64,000 nt of DNA from Rubripirellula sp. (GTDB lineage: Bacteria > Planctomycetota > Planctomycetia > Pirellulales > Pirellulaceae). Numbering within the stretch: position 1 is the stretch's first letter; the number at the start of each line of letters is the position of its first letter. The translations under genes were made by a program, and so were the position numbers. Of the stretch, positions 8,886-17,708 are shown piece after piece. The stretch spans positions 7,296,001 through 7,360,000 of the forward strand of contig OZ244207.1 in assembly GCA_965216875.1 (NCBI GenBank), in the 5' to 3' direction. The notes below the pieces were generated by a model that was not told the DNA's origin, made no database searches, and saw nothing but the letters and a program-made list of their open reading frames with translations.

Positions 8886-10433
8886 TCAGGGAGCCTGCTT
8901 TTGGGGCTGTAGCTTGATCGCCAATTCAAGTGATCCGAACATTTGGTCCAATTCGTCGGAAGCATACTTTTCGTAGCCCTCGGCATCAACTCGGACAACG
9001 TAGGCTCCGTGTTGAGGGGCAACTTCGATCTCGTAGGTTCCCGATTTGCTGACCTGCACCTTCTCAGCATCGATCGCTACAGCGCGTCGAGCTGCGGGCT
9101 TTACATCAACGCGGAATGACTCCACTGGTTTCCCGGTGACTCCGTCGGTGATCACGCCACGGACGACCAAGTTGGGCTGAAGCAGAATGACTTTTATGTC
9201 GCCATCTGCAGTTGCAGCGTAATCATCTACGGCTTGGTAGCCCTTCTTGCCGATGGAGTAGATCACTTCATCCTCGGGTGCCCACGACCAAATGTAGTCA
9301 CCCTGTTTGTCAGTGCGACGTGGGATCTTTGTGTCGATCACGTTTGGGTGTTTGTGGTTGTGCAGCGATTTTTCCCCTCGCCATCCTCGGATACCAACGT
9401 AGGCACCGTCGATGGGATTGCCTTCGTAGTCCTGGATGTGCATGTGCAACGGATTACCTTTGACCAAATGACAATCGATCGGTTGCAGCTCGGGACCAAT
9501 CTCAATCATTCGCCGCAGCGGAGCCCAGCCCTTCGCAATCACCGTCAGGGCAACCGTCTGGGGTGAAAGTGGCGGCATCTGGAAATGGCCCGCATCGTTG
9601 GTCACAACCTCTTGGCTTCCCGTTTCCAAGTAGGGGTCGTCACCCCAGATGACGACCGCACCGGCGACGGCATTTCCATCGGGATCGATCACTTGTCCGG
9701 AGACTTCGTGTCCCTTTTTCATCTTGATGACCGCCGATTGGTCACGCAGCAGCGGCATGATGATGGATTGTTCTTGTTGGTACGTACCCCAGTTCGCATC
9801 ATCGATGAATTGCGGGTGACTCAGCTTTAACAGGACCGCGGTCTCACTATCGCCCGGCACATTGGACAACTTCCATCGCCCGTCCGAATCCGTAATGAGC
9901 GCGGCATCGCCGTAGGCAAGCCATGTACCTGGTGAAAGACGCGCCATGGGAGGCAGTCGGTTTGATCGTCGGACTTCTACGTTGACACCCTTGATCGGCT
10001 CGCCCTGTTCGTTAACGATTTGTCCGCCGATGGTTGTGCCCTTTGCAAGGTTGAATTGGTATTCCGAAGGAATATCGGGGTCTTCCGGCTGCATCTCAGG
10101 CCACCAGTGAGCAAACAGTGGGACGTGGTCCTTCTTTCGAGCCCAGATGCGCATGATCCTGATTTGCTTTGGCAGCTCGGCCACCACCGATCCAGCGGCG
10201 TCCGTTTTGTAATCTTGGTTGTTCTTAAAACTCTTGTCATCCGTCCAAATCGAAACATGGATGTTTGCGTTTTCGATTGGATCCCCTTCCGGACCAACAA
10301 CGTTCAGCCGGATTTGGTTTCCGGACGACAGGGTTTGAACATCAAGCTCAATTTCGCTTTGAGCGATGACCGAGTCAGCGGAAACGACCAGCAATACCCA
10401 GCTCGCCAAGCACAAACGATGAAACGGACGCAT
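8886..10433 (-). CDS. Secreted protein with repeated carboxypeptidase-regulatory-like (transthyretin-like) domains
   Basis: Signal peptide MRPFHRLCLASW…VIA; repeated GxVxDxxGxP(I/V)xGAxV…TDxxG units. Confidence 0.8.
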   Translation of the reverse strand: MRPFHRLCLASWVLLVVSADSVIAQSEIELDVQTLSSGNQIRLNVVGPEGDPIENANIHVSIWTDDKSFKNNQDYKTDAAGSVVAELPKQIRIMRIWARKKDHVPLFAHWWPEMQPEDPDIPSEYQFNLAKGTTIGGQIVNEQGEPIKGVNVEVRRSNRLPPMARLSPGTWLAYGDAALITDSDGRWKLSNVPGDSETAVLLKLSHPQFIDDANWGTYQQEQSIIMPLLRDQSAVIKMKKGHEVSGQVIDPDGNAVAGAVVIWGDDPYLETGSQEVVTNDAGHFQMPPLSPQTVALTVIAKGWAPLRRMIEIGPELQPIDCHLVKGNPLHMHIQDYEGNPIDGAYVGIRGWRGEKSLHNHKHPNVIDTKIPRRTDKQGDYIWSWAPEDEVIYSIGKKGYQAVDDYAATADGDIKVILLQPNLVVRGVITDGVTGKPVESFRVDVKPAARRAVAIDAEKVQVSKSGTYEIEVAPQHGAYVVRVDAEGYEKYASDELDQMFGSLELAIKLQPQKQAP

Positions 10434-10555
10434 AACATCTCCCACGCAAAGTGTTCGAAATAGGACGTTCATCATACCTGAGAGCGAAGCGGGAACTCTT
10501 TGTGGGCGATCGGTAGGAAAAGCGAGTATTTCCCTGGGCCACAAAAAACGGCAAA

Positions 10556-11353
10556 ATGGGCGCGGCCGCTTCCATGGGACTCGATTCAATGCGTGCTTCT
10601 GAAATCCAAGATGAGCTCGACGAGCTGCGGAAAAGCAATAACCGGCTTCGCCGATTCGTTCACCTCGCATCACACCAACTCCAGGCTCCCGCACGCACGG
10701 CGGGCAATTTCGCGGGGCTCTTGGCGAAACGCTACGAAGGCGAACTTGATGAAAAAGCGATCGATTGGATCGATTGCATCGTCGATTGCAGCCGGTCGAT
10801 GCAGCAATTGGTCAAAGGACTCGTGCGCTACAGTGAGATCGGAAGCCAGCGGCCCGTTTTTCAACGTGTTGATGTGGACGCGATCATCGCCAAAGTTCTC
10901 GCAGGGCGAAAAGAGGAGTTCGACCAGCATCCCTTTACGGTCGAGGTCACCGCGTTTCCTGTTTGCTTCAGTGATCCCAACGCACTTGAATCTGTCTTTG
11001 AATCACTCGTCGATAACGCGATCAAGTTTAGCCGCGACTGCACCGGTTCTCTTGTCATCTCCGGAAGCGTCGAAAACGAGAACGCGATCTACGAGGTGAG
11101 CGATCAAGGAATTGGGATCGATCCCGAACATCACGAGCAAGTCTTCACGCTTTTCGGAAAGCTCCACTCCAAGTCGGACTTTGGCGGGGAAGGAATAAGC
11201 CTGGCAACTTGTCGCGCGCTGCTTGAACATCAACAAGGCCGAATCGAGTTGGAGTCGGCGGTGGGTTCGGGATCGAAGTTCAGATTGACTTTGCCGAACC
11301 AACCTCGCGATGATGGTGAAACCAACAACGATTCGAACAATAGCGTGGCGTGA
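10556..11353 (+). CDS. Sensor-less HisKA/HATPase histidine kinase-like protein (phytochrome-kinase type, degenerate motifs)
   Basis: ASHQLQAPAR H-box, LVDNAIKF N-box, DQGIGI G1, GEGISLA G2; only about 30 aa precede the H-box; exact start uncertain. Confidence 0.85.
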   Translation: MGAAASMGLDSMRASEIQDELDELRKSNNRLRRFVHLASHQLQAPARTAGNFAGLLAKRYEGELDEKAIDWIDCIVDCSRSMQQLVKGLVRYSEIGSQRPVFQRVDVDAIIAKVLAGRKEEFDQHPFTVEVTAFPVCFSDPNALESVFESLVDNAIKFSRDCTGSLVISGSVENENAIYEVSDQGIGIDPEHHEQVFTLFGKLHSKSDFGGEGISLATCRALLEHQQGRIELESAVGSGSKFRLTLPNQPRDDGETNNDSNNSVA

Positions 11354-11356
11354 AGG

Positions 11357-11797
11357 ATGGGCTCGGGCAACTTGGAAATCTTGCTTGTTGATGATGATGA
11401 TGCGGACGCGCTACTGGTTCGCGAGAGCCTTAATGAACTCGACGCCAAATGCCAATTGACCGTCGCTCGAGATGGTGATGTGGCCCTGCGAAGGCTTTCG
11501 CAAAGTGATGAGTTCGAAGGCGTTGCGCTTCCGGACCTTGTCCTGCTGGATCTGAATTTGCCGCGCAAGAGCGGATTTGACGTTCTGGTGGACACCAAAG
11601 AAATAGCCGACTGCAGACTCGTGCCTATCGTCGTTTGGTCGACGTCCATCGAACCTGCCGATGTTACACGTTGTTACATGGCGGGCGCGAATTCCGTACT
11701 CTGTAAGCCCGCGGACTTTTCGAGCCTGGTCGAGATGATCCGAACGATCACCCACTACTGGTTCGAGACGGTTCAGCGTGCCAAGCCGACCCAATAG
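11357..11797 (+). CDS. Single-domain response regulator (Rcp1-like)
   Basis: LLVDDD, LPDLVLLDLNLPRKSG, STS, KP, terminal YWF typical of the Rcp1 family. Confidence 0.9.
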   Translation: MGSGNLEILLVDDDDADALLVRESLNELDAKCQLTVARDGDVALRRLSQSDEFEGVALPDLVLLDLNLPRKSGFDVLVDTKEIADCRLVPIVVWSTSIEPADVTRCYMAGANSVLCKPADFSSLVEMIRTITHYWFETVQRAKPTQ

Positions 11798-12087
11798 ATG
11801 CTCGAGCGAGAGGTTTTAAGAATGATGGACATGGCGGGGCAAAGCGCCATGTCCATCAATTTCGACAAAAGCCGAAAATTTAGACCACCATTTTGTGGGG
11901 CATGGTGGTCCGTCATCGCGATTAGGGGCGATACTATGTGGACTATGCCCGCGCCAAACGGGATAGCAATGAGAAGGTTTCGCACAGAAACTAAACGATG
12001 TGCAAAAAATAGAACGATGTGCTGTTAACCATTCCACAAACCTCTTCTCGGACAATGGTTCACAACGACCCAGGGAGCGCCACCACC

Positions 12088-12714
12088 ATGCTGGCCAACG
12101 TTGATAATGTTGCTTCGGCCACAGTCTTTGTGGTCGACGATGACGCTCACAGCCTCCGCTACTACAAAGAAGTGTTGCAAAGTGCCGGCATGAAGGTCGA
12201 GACATTTTTGCATGCTCGCGATTTTCTGCAGCGACTTCGTCCCAATGAACCGGGGTGTTTGTTGCTCGATGTGCGAATGCCCGAGATCTCGGGGTTGGAA
12301 TTGCAGCAGCGGCTGAGCGAACTCAATTGCAACATGCCGATTATCTTGATCTCGGGTGATGCGGATGTCGAAAGCTGTTCCAAGGCGTTTCGTGCGGGGG
12401 CGTTTGACTTCGTCGAAAAGTCGATCAGTGATGAAGAACTCATTTCTTTGACGCAACGTGCAACTCAAGAAGCGATTCGGCTTCAACAGGTTGCCGAACG
12501 TCAATCCATCGTTAAGGCTCGAACCGAGTTGTTGACGGCGCGTGAAAAGGATGTCAAAGCGTTGATGCTTCAAGGGTTAAGTATCAAGGAAATCGCCTTC
12601 CGCTTGAGCATCGCTTTTCAAACGGCCGCGAAGCATCGTTCGCGTGTGCTCGAAAAAATGGAAGTCGACAGCGATGCGGAACTGATCCGTTTTGAAGCAG
12701 GCCAAGACGCCTAG
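12088..12714 (+). CDS. FixJ/LuxR-family response regulator
   Basis: VVDDD, CLLLDVRMPEISGLELQ, LTARE…KEIA…HRSRVLEKM HTH; GGGAG upstream of ATG 12088 (alternative start 12055). Confidence 0.9.
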   Translation: MLANVDNVASATVFVVDDDAHSLRYYKEVLQSAGMKVETFLHARDFLQRLRPNEPGCLLLDVRMPEISGLELQQRLSELNCNMPIILISGDADVESCSKAFRAGAFDFVEKSISDEELISLTQRATQEAIRLQQVAERQSIVKARTELLTAREKDVKALMLQGLSIKEIAFRLSIAFQTAAKHRSRVLEKMEVDSDAELIRFEAGQDA

Positions 12715-12726
12715 AGGCCGTGTTGT

Positions 12727-12809
12727 CCGTGAGCCGAACGCGCTAGCGTCGGGCTTTTCGAGACTCGTCTAACGGAACAAGGCCCGACGCTCGCGCGTTC
12801 GGCTCATGG
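12727..12809. repeat. REP family C inverted pair (28-bp arms, 2 mismatches)
   Basis: ccgtgagccgaacgcgctagcgtcgggc (12727-12754) / gcccgacgctcgcgcgttcggctcatgg (12782-12809). Confidence 0.9.
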
Positions 12810-12958
12810 AAAAACTGCGCCATCTCTGCCGCTTTTTTGTTCCTGATTGCCAAGGATAGCGTTCCGCGACGAATCGCTTTCTAACGTTGCGCTCCCGTTA
12901 TGCGCTGGGGCAGTCATTTGCCGCATTCGTTTTTCCTTTTCTCTAATGTGCGATCGAG

Positions 12959-13912
12959 ATGAGCGATTTGGCTGTCGAACTCGAAGGTGTCGTTAAACGA
13001 TTTGGCGGCAAACCAGCCGTCGATCGAGTCGATTTGCAGGTCCCGCAGGGTTCGATGTTTGGCTTCATCGGCCCCAACGGTTCCGGAAAAACGACCACCA
13101 TGCGTTTGATCCTGCGGATCTATCAAGCCGACGAGGGCAGCGTACGCGTGTTGGGCGAAACGAACATGCATTCGGCAGATGACCGCGTGGGGTACCTACC
13201 CGAAGAACGTGGGCTGTACCGGCGAATGACGGTCGGCAAAGTGTTGCGGTACTTCGCCAAGCTCAAGGGCATCCGCAGTCCCAATGCCGTGATCAAACAG
13301 GAGTTGGCTCGATTGGGTGCCGAGGACTGGGAAAAGAAACGTATCGACCAACTTTCAAAGGGAATGGCACAGAAGATTCAGTTTCTCGTTGCCACGATCT
13401 CGAAACCGCGGCTCGTGATTCTTGACGAGCCGTTCAGTGGGCTCGATCCGGTCAACCTCGAACTGTTGCGTGATGCAGTCCTGGAATTGCGGAATCAGGG
13501 AACGACCGTGATCTTCAGCACCCATGACATGGGCGTCGCACAAAACTTGTGTGACCATGTTTTCATGATCTACCAGGGCAAGAAGGTGCTCGACGGGACC
13601 ATCGATTCCATCCGCCAAAGCTATGGTGGCTGTCAAATCAAAGTGGTGATGGCTGGGGACGCGCGGTCGCCAGTGGAATTGCCCCCTGATCTTCCCGGCG
13701 TGATGGAGCGTGAAGTCGCTGGTCCAGAAACCATCCTCCACCTGCGTGACGAATCGGATCGCCGCAGCTTGTATTCCCGATTGTCCGAACTCGGTGACGT
13801 CGAACATTTCGAAACCCTGCGGCCAAGTCTTCACGACGTTTTCGTGAGGATCGCAAAGCCCTCGTCGGACCAAAAGGTCAATGCACGATCGGAGGAGCTG
13901 GTCCATGGGTAA
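12959..13912 (+). CDS. ABC-2 type transporter ATP-binding protein
   Basis: GPNGSGKTT, LSKGM signature, ILDEPFSGLD, STH. Confidence 0.95.
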   Translation: MSDLAVELEGVVKRFGGKPAVDRVDLQVPQGSMFGFIGPNGSGKTTTMRLILRIYQADEGSVRVLGETNMHSADDRVGYLPEERGLYRRMTVGKVLRYFAKLKGIRSPNAVIKQELARLGAEDWEKKRIDQLSKGMAQKIQFLVATISKPRLVILDEPFSGLDPVNLELLRDAVLELRNQGTTVIFSTHDMGVAQNLCDHVFMIYQGKKVLDGTIDSIRQSYGGCQIKVVMAGDARSPVELPPDLPGVMEREVAGPETILHLRDESDRRSLYSRLSELGDVEHFETLRPSLHDVFVRIAKPSSDQKVNARSEELVHG

Positions 13913-15242
13913 GCTGTTTGTCATCGCTCAACGCGAGTTCGCTGCAATGGTCGCCACCAAGGCGTTCGCGTTCACTTTGGTCATGATGCCGCTGTTGATG
14001 TTGGGTGGGCTGGTGTTGCTGCCCCTGATGAACGAAGTCGGCGGACGAAAGGAACGGCGGATCCTGGTTGCCGATGGGTCAGGGTTGCTTTTTGAAACGA
14101 TTGAAAAAGCCGCCAACGCTCGCAATGAACAAATCCGCCAAGCTCAAGAGAATGCCGAGGGCAAGGTTCAGGGTGACAACCCGTTCTTGAAGGCTGAGCT
14201 TTGGAATTTTGAAGCGGCTGAGGAAGCCGAGTTGTCCGACCAGCAGCGGTTGGAGCTGAGTGACAAGGTGCGCGATGGCAAGCTGTATGCGTTTGTCGAA
14301 ATACCGAGCGAGCTGCAGGACTTTGCCAGTGCCGAGCGAGTGAAGATTGCCTTTGTCAGCCAAGACGCAGCGATCAGTGGTGCGCGACGCTGGCTCGAAC
14401 AAACGGTCAAGCAACATGTGCGGTCCGAGAGGCTGACGCAACTCGGGATCAATCCCGAGACGGTTGCTCAAGCCAACATTCCGGTCAATCTCGAGCCGAC
14501 GATGCCCTATGAAAAGTCGGATGATGGTGAAGTGGAGGGCAAGACCGGGGCCGATACGCTAGTTTCGACTTTCCTTCCGTTTGGCGTGATGATGTTGATG
14601 TTTCTCGTCATCTTCCTCGCGGCGCAACCGATGCTGGAAAGCGCGATGGAAGAAAAGGGGGCAAGGATCGCCGAGTTGTTATTGGGATCGGTGTCGTCGA
14701 CCACTTTGATGGCGGGCAAGCTGCTCGGGAACGTTGCCGGTTCGTTTGTGGTGTTTGCCTTCTACGGAATCGGTGGCTGGTTTGTCCTTTACCACAATGA
14801 TTGGTCGTCACACCTGCCTTACACGATGCTCCCTTGGCTGATCGTTTTTCAAGTCTTGGGCGTTCTATTCTTCAGCTCGATCTTTCTAACCATCGGTGCG
14901 TCGGTCAGCGAATTGAAGGAGGCACAGTCGCTGTTGTTACCCGTTTGGCTCGTGCTCGCATTGCCGATGATGGTTTGGTTTGCGGCAGTTCGTGATCCAA
15001 ACGGAATCGTCCCGGTTTCGTTGAGCTTCTTTCCACCGTCGGCGCCGCTGATGATGAGTTTGAGGCTTGCCGTCGGTCAGGCGATGCCCGTTTGGCATGC
15101 ACCCGTTTCGATGATCGTTATGCTCGCTTCGACCCTGCTGGTGGTGAAGTTTGCTGGTCGCATTTATCGAGCGAGCTTGCTGAAGTCGGATTCAGCGAAG
15201 AGTTTTGGCCAGATTCTCAAACGGCTACGTACGGCTGAATAA
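13905..15242 (+). CDS. ABC-2 type transporter permease (NatB/YhaP-like)
   Basis: IAQREF start, large periplasmic loop, EEKGARIAELLL motif, about 6 TM; overlaps the ATPase stop. Confidence 0.9.
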   Translation: MGKLFVIAQREFAAMVATKAFAFTLVMMPLLMLGGLVLLPLMNEVGGRKERRILVADGSGLLFETIEKAANARNEQIRQAQENAEGKVQGDNPFLKAELWNFEAAEEAELSDQQRLELSDKVRDGKLYAFVEIPSELQDFASAERVKIAFVSQDAAISGARRWLEQTVKQHVRSERLTQLGINPETVAQANIPVNLEPTMPYEKSDDGEVEGKTGADTLVSTFLPFGVMMLMFLVIFLAAQPMLESAMEEKGARIAELLLGSVSSTTLMAGKLLGNVAGSFVVFAFYGIGGWFVLYHNDWSSHLPYTMLPWLIVFQVLGVLFFSSIFLTIGASVSELKEAQSLLLPVWLVLALPMMVWFAAVRDPNGIVPVSLSFFPPSAPLMMSLRLAVGQAMPVWHAPVSMIVMLASTLLVVKFAGRIYRASLLKSDSAKSFGQILKRLRTAE

Positions 15243-15258
15243 CCTCGCCGTGATTCGA

Positions 15259-15448
15259 GTGACCCGAACGCGCTAGCGTCGGGCCTTGCACACAACGTCG
15301 CTACGCTCGCCAGAGCGTGGTGATCGTGGATGTCGGTCTGCCTATAGAATCCACCTTCTGGCGAAGGTAGCTACGGGCCGAGACAGTTCGTAGTACCGAG
15401 CTTTAGCCGGAATCTTGTCCCATTCCGCCTAGAGGCGGGACTACGAAC
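15259..15448. repeat. REP mosaic: family C half, family D pair, family E pair
   Basis: C 15259-15285; D gtcgctacgctcgccagagcgtgg 15297-15320 / ccaccttctggcgaaggtagctac 15351-15374; E gttcgtagtaccgagctttagccggaat 15386-15413 / attccgcctagaggcgggactacgaac 15422-15448. Confidence 0.9.
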
Positions 15449-15488
15449 GGTGCTGACCACGCATAGCAAGGTGGTGGTTGAAAACAGG

Positions 15489-15842
15489 CTAGCTGGGAGG
15501 GCGAATGAGCGATGCGTGATGTTCACGCCAGCCCAAACAGTCTTTGCAGCCGACTTCAAAGTCGCGGCATACGTTGGGGCGGTAGGCGTGATGTTTACAG
15601 CGTCGCGTTTCAGGGTCGAGCCAAATGCAGGGCCCATCCAACTCGCCTTCAGGCGGATGTTGGTAATTTTCGATGAAGGTGAGCAGTTCTTGTTTTAGAT
15701 CTGCGGGCAGATTCGTCCAATGTTCTTCATCGGGGCCATGCTCGCTGTCGTAGATGTATTCCGGATAGCCCATTTGCAAACAGCAAACGCCACATCCCTC
15801 GCAATCCGTGACAGTGGGTAGAGTGGTGTTGGAGCGTTTCAT
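15489..15842 (-). CDS. YkgJ-family cysteine-cluster (CxxCxxCC) protein
   Basis: CEGCGVCC…GPCIWLD…RCKHHAYRPNVCRDF. Confidence 0.88.
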   Translation of the reverse strand: MKRSNTTLPTVTDCEGCGVCCLQMGYPEYIYDSEHGPDEEHWTNLPADLKQELLTFIENYQHPPEGELDGPCIWLDPETRRCKHHAYRPNVCRDFEVGCKDCLGWREHHASLIRPPS

Positions 15843-15871
15843 CAGATCGTGTGCGGTTGCGGATGCCGGGA

Positions 15872-16630
15872 CTATTTACCCGCATTGGCTTCTGTTGAGG
15901 TCCGTTCGTCAATCCACCCTTTCAAGGATTTGACGGCGGTGAACGTCGCGCGGTCTCCGATCCGTGGTTTGGTGGCATTGGTGACACGGACCACAATCCC
16001 AACAAGCGTCGCTTCGTCCTCGCTGCCGACAAAGACCGGCGACCCGCTGTCCATCATCGAAGGAAGTGATTCGTCCGGCTCGTTGGGATCGGCTTGGTCC
16101 AATGCAAAACGCCCCTCACGATCGTTGATCGAACGGAGTCGATTGGTACCCCAATGGAACTGGCCGACCTTTCGCAACTGATTGACCGGGCCACTGACGC
16201 CGTACCCGCCCAGTAGCAGACGCGACTTTTCGGGGATCGGACCGTCATTGAGTTGGATGCGGTTCTTCTCTTGTGGCGTTTCATCGAGGTGCAAGAGAGC
16301 AATGTCGATTGTGTGTTTCGATGGCAAATGGATCGCTTTTACCTGGTAGCGGGTGTCATCGATCGCAGGAAAGTCGACCGTCAACACACTTGCGCTCCAC
16401 GCCTCGACCCCGTGTCGCGAGGTCAATGCCCACGGTCCGCCAATCCAAACGCACGAGCCGCCGATGACGTTGAGACGCGTGTACTTGAGACGCCCAACTT
16501 GACGAAACACCCCCGACTGCTCTGAAGCGTTGGAACGCTCGGGATTCGACCAAACGATCGCCCAGGCATCACTGGCAACGACTAACGACAGCGTTGCCAC
16601 CAAGATTCGGAGTCGGCTCGCAGCAAACAC
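15872..16630 (-). CDS. Secreted trypsin-like (S1) serine protease
   Basis: GTG start right after the upstream stop, signal peptide; LTSRH, DIALL, DSGSP triad motifs. Confidence 0.8.
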   Translation of the reverse strand: MFAASRLRILVATLSLVVASDAWAIVWSNPERSNASEQSGVFRQVGRLKYTRLNVIGGSCVWIGGPWALTSRHGVEAWSASVLTVDFPAIDDTRYQVKAIHLPSKHTIDIALLHLDETPQEKNRIQLNDGPIPEKSRLLLGGYGVSGPVNQLRKVGQFHWGTNRLRSINDREGRFALDQADPNEPDESLPSMMDSGSPVFVGSEDEATLVGIVVRVTNATKPRIGDRATFTAVKSLKGWIDERTSTEANAGK

Positions 16631-16632
16631 AA

Positions 16633-17523
16633 CTACGGCAATCGTCTTTCGAGCCAATCGGTGCCGCGATCGGTCCAGCTGCCGATGTTGGAATTTGCAC
16701 GATCGCGCGTGCCGTACCCGTGCCCACCTGTTTCGTAGACATGCAGTTCGGCCGACACGTTGTTCTTCTTGAGCGCCGCGTAGTAGAGGGCGGCACCCAA
16801 GGATGTCGATGCATCGTCGTGCGTATGGATGATGAAGGAAGGTGGCGTGGTTGGTGTCACCTTGATTTGCGGCAGCAGTGCGTCCGACTTGGCGTCGTAG
16901 ATTCGCCAAGGATAGACCAGCATTGCAAAATCGGGTCGATACGGTTGTTTGTCAACATTGTCGATAGCTTGATACGCCGCTTCCGGTGCCGTCGAGAGCA
17001 TCGCGCCAACTTGCCCACCCGCCGAGAAGGCAAGCAAGCCTACGCGATTCGAGTCAAGGTTCCACTGATCCGCATTGGCGCGAATCCAACGCATCGCACG
17101 TTGGGCATCCTGTAGCGGCCGACGCCACGACGGTTCATCGGCAGCTTTGCGTTCGTTGGTTCGATAGTTCAAGACGAATGAGGTGATGCCCAACTCGCCC
17201 AACCAGTCGGCTGCCTCGCTTCCTTCAAGGTCGGGGACGACTCGAACGAAACCACCGCCGGGTAAGATCAATACGGCGACCCCGTTTGGCTTTCCTTTGG
17301 GAAGGAACACACGCATCGGCGGATGACTGATCTTTTCAACACGCGTGATGGGGGGCTTGTCCTGCGGCCGCATCGGCAGGGTGGTCCCGGCGTTCTTTTG
17401 TGTTTCTCCGGGGGCCAGATCAGGCCAAATGAAAATCGGATCCTCGCCAAATGCCTTGCCACTGTCAGCAGCGATGGCGATCGATAGGCAGGACGCTGCC
17501 GCCAAGCTCATCCACTTCTTCAC
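16633..17523 (-). CDS. Secreted alpha/beta hydrolase (esterase, BD-FAE/xylan-esterase-like)
   Basis: PGGG oxyanion motif, FSAGG nucleophile elbow, DD and GGHG; GTG 17523 with GGGAG RBS and signal peptide. Confidence 0.88.
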   Translation of the reverse strand: MKKWMSLAAASCLSIAIAADSGKAFGEDPIFIWPDLAPGETQKNAGTTLPMRPQDKPPITRVEKISHPPMRVFLPKGKPNGVAVLILPGGGFVRVVPDLEGSEAADWLGELGITSFVLNYRTNERKAADEPSWRRPLQDAQRAMRWIRANADQWNLDSNRVGLLAFSAGGQVGAMLSTAPEAAYQAIDNVDKQPYRPDFAMLVYPWRIYDAKSDALLPQIKVTPTTPPSFIIHTHDDASTSLGAALYYAALKKNNVSAELHVYETGGHGYGTRDRANSNIGSWTDRGTDWLERRLP

Positions 17524-17708
17524 GTTGTTTCTCCCACAAGTTGCATCGGATTCGCGTTCCATCCGTTCCGTGTTTAGGGGCGACACTCTATCACGAAACG
17601 GTGAGGGCCGCACACAATCGTGAAAAACGGGTTAGAGTGTTGCGTGAGGCTGCGAAACCCCAACAAAAACCTTTGATTCACCGAAACCCTCTCACCACCA
17701 GCCCACCG

